In this document: one piece after another, positions 57,871 to 64,000 of the stretch
Layout of the letters: each line of letters starts with the position of its first letter
How positions within the stretch are numbered: the stretch's first letter is position 1
Virus record (IMG/VR): IMGVR_UViG_3300036859_000186
Span: 1 to 64,000 of that record
Origin: a virus
Strand: one strand, 5' to 3'
Length of the DNA stretch: 64,000 nt
The notes under the pieces: model-generated
What the model was told of the DNA's origin: nothing
The model's database searches: none
What the model saw: only the letters and a program-made list of their open reading frames with translations
Translations under genes and position numbers: made by a program

Positions 57871-58143
57871 ATGGCATATAACAGCGCTAATATGATTCCG
57901 CAGATCCACGCAGGAGGAGACGACTCTCCGTTTATTTGGGATTACTCTACTTCCGACCCCATAGCCACAGTAGAAGGTTCTACGTATTTTGATTCTGCGT
58001 TTAACTTTCTGCGTAGAGGAGATTTGGTTAGAGTGACTGCGGACGACGGTAAAGGCATGTATTTTGTCTCTAGTGCCAGTCCTGTTTTTGAGGATACCGC
58101 CTTAATCAAGATTGCTGTTGTTACTAGCTTTCCTTCCCTGTAG
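57871..58143 (+). CDS. small virion protein
   Basis: Y.TSD...YF...L..GD pattern. Confidence 0.6.
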   Translation: MAYNSANMIPQIHAGGDDSPFIWDYSTSDPIATVEGSTYFDSAFNFLRRGDLVRVTADDGKGMYFVSSASPVFEDTALIKIAVVTSFPSL

Positions 58144-58184
58144 TTTGAGTGGGGGCTTCGGCCCCCTCTCTCCAGAACCCAAAC

Positions 58185-58619
58185 ATGGCAAATCACATTA
58201 ATCAGCCCGTTCCATCTCCACTTCCGGCGAGCTTCACAGCGGCAGGTAACACCAATATTAACGGTGTTATCTTCCCGTCAGCTTCAAGAGCGGCTGCCAC
58301 TTACGACTCGGATGTCATGTATAATCCGGGAGCAAAGGGCGTCCGCCTCTTCATCGCCATCTCAGACCCAGGTGCTGCAGGAACCGTTACCGTATCCATA
58401 CAGGTAAAAGACCCGGTCACGGACGCCTTCGTCACTATCACCGGAGCAACCAGCACCGCACTCGCGGCAGCTGCTACCACAACGCTCACGGTCTTTCCTG
58501 GCATCACCGTCTCAGCCAACGTCGACCTCTCCAATCATGTAGGACCAGAATGGCGAGTTCGTGCAGTCGTCGCAGCCAACGCCGTTGTATTCTCAATTGG
58601 CGCTGACTACCTGCTCTAA
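58185..58619 (+). CDS. virion protein
   Basis: Beta-rich; late operon. Confidence 0.6.
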   Translation: MANHINQPVPSPLPASFTAAGNTNINGVIFPSASRAAATYDSDVMYNPGAKGVRLFIAISDPGAAGTVTVSIQVKDPVTDAFVTITGATSTALAAAATTTLTVFPGITVSANVDLSNHVGPEWRVRAVVAANAVVFSIGADYLL

Positions 58620-58720
58620 AGTTCCCTACGTGAACTCATGCGCATCATCGACAAGGGGGCTCCTCTCCTCTTCGACGGAGAGGAACTTACCATCGTAGCT
58701 CCATTTCCAATTAGGCGATC

Positions 58721-58993
58721 ATGGCTTACACGAGTGGCCGCATCTTTGCGGGCCAGAAAACGGGCATCACGGGAACGGCTGGCCAGCTGGATACAGCGAC
58801 TACGAACATTCGTGAAGTCATTGTTCAGTCAGACGTAGCCAACACCACAAACCTTCTAATCGGTGACGTGACTGGCCAGTTCATTGCCCTAACGCCCGGC
58901 CAAGCTATCACGATTCCCATCATTTCGATGCGCCTAATCTATGTCAAGATGGCCTCCTTAACGGGAACCGCCAACTGGATTGCCAGGGATTAA
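58721..58993 (+). CDS. small virion protein
   Basis: Beta-rich; late operon. Confidence 0.55.
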   Translation: MAYTSGRIFAGQKTGITGTAGQLDTATTNIREVIVQSDVANTTNLLIGDVTGQFIALTPGQAITIPIISMRLIYVKMASLTGTANWIARD

Positions 58994-58995
58994 AG

Positions 58996-60021
58996 ATGCC
59001 TGATCTTTTTCTCTCACTTGGAAGTGATAATGATTCAGCTGCGGTATGGGGAAACATTACTGGGACCCTAACGAACCAGACTGATCTACAAGCATCACTC
59101 ACGGCTGCCGCAACCACTGCGGTTTGGGGCAGCATTTCTGGGACGCTCTCTGCTCAAACGGATCTCCAAACTGCCCTCAACGCCAAGATTACAGCCTTTG
59201 CTGATCCGAACGCTGACCGAATCGTATTCTGGGACGACTCAGCTGGAGCCTTTGCAGCCTTAGCTCCCGACTCTACTCTCACGGTCTCAGGAACCACTCT
59301 CTCAGTAACTGGCCCAACCGAAGCCACCACTACCTCAACTGGCACCCAGGACAATTTCTCCTTTTCGAACGCTTCCGTCCTCCGCTGCAACAACGCCTCC
59401 CTCCTCACGATTCGTGGGCTGGTCGCAGGCGTGACCGGACAAATCCTGCATATCGTTTCTGTGGGGGCTGGTAACGTCGAACTCGCTCATCAGAATAGCA
59501 ACTCAACTGATGTCAATCGCCTAGTTAACCAGGCAACCTCAGCCAACACTCCACTGTTTGCGGGTAATGGCACAGCAACCTATGTCTACGATGGCACCAC
59601 CCAACGGTGGCGACTCATAGCTCACGATCAAGGTGGGTGGATCACTCCTACCTTCTCAGCCGGCGACTACACAGCCAATGGCTCTATGACCTGGACAGTA
59701 GAGTCGGGTGATGTCACAACTATGGCATACTGGTTAAAGCATAAGACCCTTTTCCTTAACTTCCGTGTTCTGACTACCTCCATCGGTGGCACACTCAACA
59801 CACAGCTTCTCCGTGTCATCCCAGGTGGCTTCACGAATGTTAACTCCATCTTGACACCTATCTCCATTCAGAGCAATGGAGTTGCTGCAGTTGGACTAGT
59901 TGTTATTGCAGCTGCAGCCACGAACCTAAGCTTCCGAACTACTCAGGATGGTGCGACTAACTGGACTGCATCGACTAACAACGCCTCAGTGAATGGCTGC
60001 ATCACACTAGAAGTTTCCTAA
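58996..60021 (+). CDS. tail fibre-like protein
   Basis: Two WG.I.GTL..QTDLQ.AL repeats; ADRIVFWDDSAG. Confidence 0.7.
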   Translation: MPDLFLSLGSDNDSAAVWGNITGTLTNQTDLQASLTAAATTAVWGSISGTLSAQTDLQTALNAKITAFADPNADRIVFWDDSAGAFAALAPDSTLTVSGTTLSVTGPTEATTTSTGTQDNFSFSNASVLRCNNASLLTIRGLVAGVTGQILHIVSVGAGNVELAHQNSNSTDVNRLVNQATSANTPLFAGNGTATYVYDGTTQRWRLIAHDQGGWITPTFSAGDYTANGSMTWTVESGDVTTMAYWLKHKTLFLNFRVLTTSIGGTLNTQLLRVIPGGFTNVNSILTPISIQSNGVAAVGLVVIAAAATNLSFRTTQDGATNWTASTNNASVNGCITLEVS

Positions 60022-60023
60022 AC

Positions 60024-60731
60024 ATGGCCACACAAATCTCCGCCATTGAAACCCTCGCTCGCCAGCGCCTTGTTGAGGCCACGCCCAATTTCTGGTCCTC
60101 CCAGGAAATCGTGGACATCATCGCTGCAGGAATCCGGGACCTGTGGCGCGACATCGCCGATCTTAAGCAGGAACACTTCCTAACCATCGACGACACGGTT
60201 ACATTAGCGGCCAACGACGACGAGCTGACCAGCCTTCCCACGGATATCCACAAAATCTATCTCATCGAGCCACTTGACATCTCAATAAATGGCTCGAATC
60301 GGGGACTGGTCTTCCGGCCCATGGACTACAACCATACTACCTTCCAGGCGGCTCGCTCCCAGACCGCTGTAGATCCATCCAACACCATCATTTATTACTC
60401 GATCATTGGGCAAGGCGCACCGACCAGCAGCGGACCATCGATCAAAATCGCACCGCAAGTCACTGCAGCAGTCGATATCTCACTGAGCTATGTCCCCACT
60501 CTAGGATCGTTTACAGCAGCAGACGAAGTTCCCATCCCAGGTGAAGCGGATAACGCCCTCGTTGCCTGGACCGTCGCTTTCGCACGGGCGAAGGAACGGG
60601 AAGATCGCTCTCCTGACGCCAATTGGCTCGCCATCTATGCGACAGAGAAGGAGCATCTCCTTCAATCACTAGGACTCCGGCAATATCAGGAGCCCTCTTT
60701 CGCAGAGGCCGTCTTCGAGGACCTCTGGTAG
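60024..60731 (+). CDS. head-tail adaptor / tail tubular A-like protein
   Basis: ARQRL.E...FWS..EI; LPTD; position. Confidence 0.65.
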   Translation: MATQISAIETLARQRLVEATPNFWSSQEIVDIIAAGIRDLWRDIADLKQEHFLTIDDTVTLAANDDELTSLPTDIHKIYLIEPLDISINGSNRGLVFRPMDYNHTTFQAARSQTAVDPSNTIIYYSIIGQGAPTSSGPSIKIAPQVTAAVDISLSYVPTLGSFTAADEVPIPGEADNALVAWTVAFARAKEREDRSPDANWLAIYATEKEHLLQSLGLRQYQEPSFAEAVFEDLW

Positions 60732-60751
60732 GACCTCCTAAGGAGGTTACC

Positions 60752-61030
60752 ATGCTAGAGCTAGAATCAGATAAGAGTTCAGAGTTCACGGCTACAGACC
60801 CAATCATGGTGGAAACCTTGGTTGTCGCTGCCGCACGAGCCATCCATGACCACAGCATTCCTGACGTGACTACGCCATCCGAAGTGCTATCGGCTACCTT
60901 CACTCTTTTAGATCGAACGCTCCGAGCAATCTCGCGTATGCAGCTCCCAGAGGAGCGCATGCACAATGCCAAACAAGTTGAACTTGCTCTACAAGCTATG
61001 ATTATAGAGCACGGAAAAGTTCCAAACTAG
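60752..61030 (+). CDS. hypothetical protein
   Basis: AAGGAGG RBS. Confidence 0.6.
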   Translation: MLELESDKSSEFTATDPIMVETLVVAAARAIHDHSIPDVTTPSEVLSATFTLLDRTLRAISRMQLPEERMHNAKQVELALQAMIIEHGKVPN

Positions 61031-61064
61031 ACCTAAAAATTAGGTCATCAATACACCATCTTTT

Positions 61065-61295
61065 ATGTCTCAGAGCCTGGCCGTTTACAATCTTGGCCAA
61101 AATGGTGTTGATCTAGTGAATAGCCCTATTCAGGTTTCTGATGGGGCTCTTCTCCAATGCCAGAACGGTCAAATCTTTCCCAACGATGCCGACCTTGCCA
61201 TCCGCAAGCGCGATGGCATCGTCAAAATCAACCAGTCGCAAGCTCCTGGCACCATTCTCGCAATCGCTAACATTCCTCTCGCGGACCCTTCCTAA
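61065..61295 (+). CDS. 76-aa tail-associated protein, paralog of N-terminus of next gene
   Basis: L.VY.LGQ.GV....SPIQV.DG.LLQ.QN...KRDG..KIN.SQAPG.IL. Confidence 0.7.
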   Translation: MSQSLAVYNLGQNGVDLVNSPIQVSDGALLQCQNGQIFPNDADLAIRKRDGIVKINQSQAPGTILAIANIPLADPS

Positions 61296-61296
61296 C

Positions 61297-62505
61297 ATGG
61301 GCGCCAAGCTCGACGTGTATTCTCTAGGGCAGGTGGGAGTCAATCGCACTCGCTCACCTATCCAAGTCAAGGATGGTGAACTCCTCCAGTCCCAGAACGC
61401 CACCGTCCGCCCTGTTCGAGCCCAACTCGCCCTCACCAAGCGTGACGGCATGGCCAAAATCAACTCCTCACAGGCCCCAGGCTCAATTCTTTCCATCACT
61501 AACCTGCCCTTTGTCGACCCGGGCTCTGGGGCAGCTGAATTCGCCTTCTACATTGCAACAAATACCAACCCACTGTTCGGTTGGATGTATACTGAGGACG
61601 GCACAACCTTCCAGGAAATTACGACTGGCGAAGATGTCCAAAATGCCAACGCTAATGGCAAAGTCAATCAATCACTTGGCCCCGACGACCTACTTTATTT
61701 CATTAGCCTCAATACTGACACAGTCTGGTCATGGGATGGCACAACACCAACTGAACTAGCCGGTGCTCCTGCTGAAGTTGTAACCTATATCCATTACGAC
61801 TCTGTTGATGACCGGCTCTATGCTGGTGCAGAAGCCGGAGCTTCGGACAAGGTCTTCTACTGGGACGGCGCGTCCTGGACCATCGTTGACGACACGGGGC
61901 TGGCTGCTGGTTTCAACGGCAACCTTGCTACAGCGAACGGTGATCTCTTTGGCATGAACGCTACTGGAGGAGATGTTTACATCTTCGACGGTGTCTCATC
62001 ATGGTCCATCGACCTAGATGTGTCAGTCACGGTCACTGCCAACGCGGTCCGCACCGACTTCTGCCGCGCCCTAAACACTACCGATCTTATGTGGTTTGGT
62101 AACGACGACGTTACCAACCAGCTTCTAGTGTGGAAGCGCAACAGCTCAGGTGTCTGGTCAGACGTGACCCCAGCCGGTTACGGCGACAGTATTGTCAACA
62201 ATGGCTTTGCAATCGATGGAACCATATATATCTCCATCTTCAATCTCGGCACTTCAGACATGTTCGTCCTTTCCTACGACGGCACATCCTGGACTGAACT
62301 TGCCGATGTTGTGGCCAATATCGATGCCGGGGCCTTCGACGTAAATTATCTTTACGTGTGGGATGACAAACTCTACGTTACCATGGGCTCGAACACTCAA
62401 GGTGGCACAAATACTGTTGGGTTCACTGAGCTATCAGCAATCTCTTGGTCGCTCATTCCCGCTTGTGACGGCTACTTCTTCTCCGAAGGGCCACTGATAC
62501 CCTAA
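61297..62505 (+). CDS. tail protein with beta-propeller-like repeats
   Basis: Repeated WDG/YDG..W motifs. Confidence 0.7.
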   Translation: MGAKLDVYSLGQVGVNRTRSPIQVKDGELLQSQNATVRPVRAQLALTKRDGMAKINSSQAPGSILSITNLPFVDPGSGAAEFAFYIATNTNPLFGWMYTEDGTTFQEITTGEDVQNANANGKVNQSLGPDDLLYFISLNTDTVWSWDGTTPTELAGAPAEVVTYIHYDSVDDRLYAGAEAGASDKVFYWDGASWTIVDDTGLAAGFNGNLATANGDLFGMNATGGDVYIFDGVSSWSIDLDVSVTVTANAVRTDFCRALNTTDLMWFGNDDVTNQLLVWKRNSSGVWSDVTPAGYGDSIVNNGFAIDGTIYISIFNLGTSDMFVLSYDGTSWTELADVVANIDAGAFDVNYLYVWDDKLYVTMGSNTQGGTNTVGFTELSAISWSLIPACDGYFFSEGPLIP

Positions 62506-64000
62506 TGGCATTCTATCTAGCACACGCAGGCACCACACTTCAGAAGGTCTCCGTCGAAGGAGACTTAGTGGCTATCACACTCCCATCTGGAGTTACGATG
62601 GTTGATACTCGGCCAGCACGGTTTGCCGTTCTGGCCAATAGTGTCGTGGTAGTGAATGCCCCTAGCGTCAACATTGTCATCAATCCTGCCGACCTCACCA
62701 CCCGTCGCCTCTCGATTGCCGGTCCCACAACCGGCCTGACAGCGGTCTCGGGTGGAGCTGGAACGCTTTCGGGTGATTATCGGTGGGCATATACCTTCGC
62801 TATCCTCGATGGTAGTGGGGATATTCTCACTGAATCGCCCATGTCGGCGACCTTTGGCCCTCTCACACTCAACGACAACGATGCTGACCTGGCCTCCATT
62901 GACACCTCAGGAACTGCTGGCGTTAATGCTCGAATCATCTACCGCACAACTAACGGCGGGACAGCCTTCTTCGAAGTCGATAGAATCGAAGACAACGTCA
63001 CCACAACCTTCACCGACAACATCTCAGACTACGACCTAGCCCTCCTAGCCAGTGCTGAACCCAAGGGCAACCCCCCTGGCGTAGACGGCACAAACCGCTT
63101 CCGACTCATCACGACCTGGAAGGACCGGCTCTGGGCCGCAGAAGCTAACGACCCGGACAATGTTTGGATCTCGGGTAACCGGGAAATCTACTCGTGGTCG
63201 GAGCAGCGCAAGTTCACGGTCAAATCGGCTGGCGAGGATTCCTACGGTGTCACTGCCTTCATGGCACGCCGTGATGAACTCGTCATCGCCAAGCGCCGGA
63301 AGCTCTGGAAAGTCATCGGCAACTCTCCCTCGGATTTCGAGCAAATCCTGATCGCTGACGGCATTGGAGCGGTCTCACAAGACGCTGCTATTGTCATTCG
63401 CGATACCTGCTACTTCCTAGGCGAGGACGGCTTCTACGAATACGGCAATGAAGGCGTTAAGCGCCTCAGCCGTGAGAAGGTTCAGCCCTGGTTCACCACG
63501 GAGGAATTCTTCAATCGCGCCAAGTTCGACATTGCCTTTGCCAAATATAACGCACTTTATGACAAAATCGAGATCCACCTTGCCGCTCCAGAATCTGAGG
63601 ACATTGACCGATGGGTCGAGTTCGACCTCAAACAAAATGAGTGGTTCGGACCCCATCTCACGAACGCTTTCACGCCTACCTGTGGTGGAGCAATGGACAA
63701 TGAGGATGGGTTCTCTACTCCAGTCATGGGTGCCTCCAATGGTTTCATTTATCGACAGAACCAATCCGATTGCACTGACGCCGGGACGCCTATTCCAATG
63801 GACATCATTACCAAGTTCCATAACGGAAATGCGCCCGACATCGAACATTACTGGGGTGAACTAGCTCTCCTCACCAAACCTGAGGAAGATGGCACCCTCG
63901 AAGTCATCCCAACTGTGGGTGACCTCGACGCCATCGCCCAGTCATCAATCGATGTGGATCTGACAGAAGACCGGCACCGTCTTCGTCGCCTTGGAGTAGG
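62505..64000 (+). CDS. tail nozzle / tubular protein B-like (runs off window)
   Basis: Open frame from ATG 62505 (MAFYLAHAG...) to window end; IYRT, WKDRLW, FLGEDGFY. Confidence 0.7.
   Translation, partial: MAFYLAHAGTTLQKVSVEGDLVAITLPSGVTMVDTRPARFAVLANSVVVVNAPSVNIVINPADLTTRRLSIAGPTTGLTAVSGGAGTLSGDYRWAYTFAILDGSGDILTESPMSATFGPLTLNDNDADLASIDTSGTAGVNARIIYRTTNGGTAFFEVDRIEDNVTTTFTDNISDYDLALLASAEPKGNPPGVDGTNRFRLITTWKDRLWAAEANDPDNVWISGNREIYSWSEQRKFTVKSAGEDSYGVTAFMARRDELVIAKRRKLWKVIGNSPSDFEQILIADGIGAVSQDAAIVIRDTCYFLGEDGFYEYGNEGVKRLSREKVQPWFTTEEFFNRAKFDIAFAKYNALYDKIEIHLAAPESEDIDRWVEFDLKQNEWFGPHLTNAFTPTCGGAMDNEDGFSTPVMGASNGFIYRQNQSDCTDAGTPIPMDIITKFHNGNAPDIEHYWGELALLTKPEEDGTLEVIPTVGDLDAIAQSSIDVDLTEDRHRLRRLGV

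Overview
This window is part of a tailed dsDNA bacteriophage genome, probably lytic and podovirus-like; no integrase or repressor is recognisable. Positions 1-42 kb are read almost entirely leftwards. They carry nucleotide metabolism genes, a family A DNA polymerase fused to a uracil-DNA glycosylase domain, a Sak4-like ATPase with an SSB, a Cas4-like nuclease, a resolvase, homing endonucleases, a tRNA cluster, a phiEco32-type peptide-ligase cluster, a Ro60/TROVE protein and many small early genes. Positions 42.6-64 kb are a rightward late operon: terminase, portal, scaffold, major capsid, and virion/tail genes. The strongest signal is non-coding. Besides Ro60, the minus strand carries five dispersed copies of a Y-RNA-like hairpin with a covarying bulged-C helix (GGGY-C-G.../...TT-RTCC) and an invariant TTATC. 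Two of these carry perfect 7-nt anticodon loops (CAU, UCU). There is also a circularly permuted tRNA mimic (YrlA-like), a 105-nt RNA with an alanine acceptor stem and CCA end, and a tRNA whose anticodon arm is replaced by a long hairpin. Together these suggest a phage Ro60 RNP system with interchangeable tRNA-mimic modules, possibly countering tRNA-targeting defences. Several genes also appear to start at ATT or ACG codons. All calls come from reading the sequence by eye; no searches or folding programs were run.
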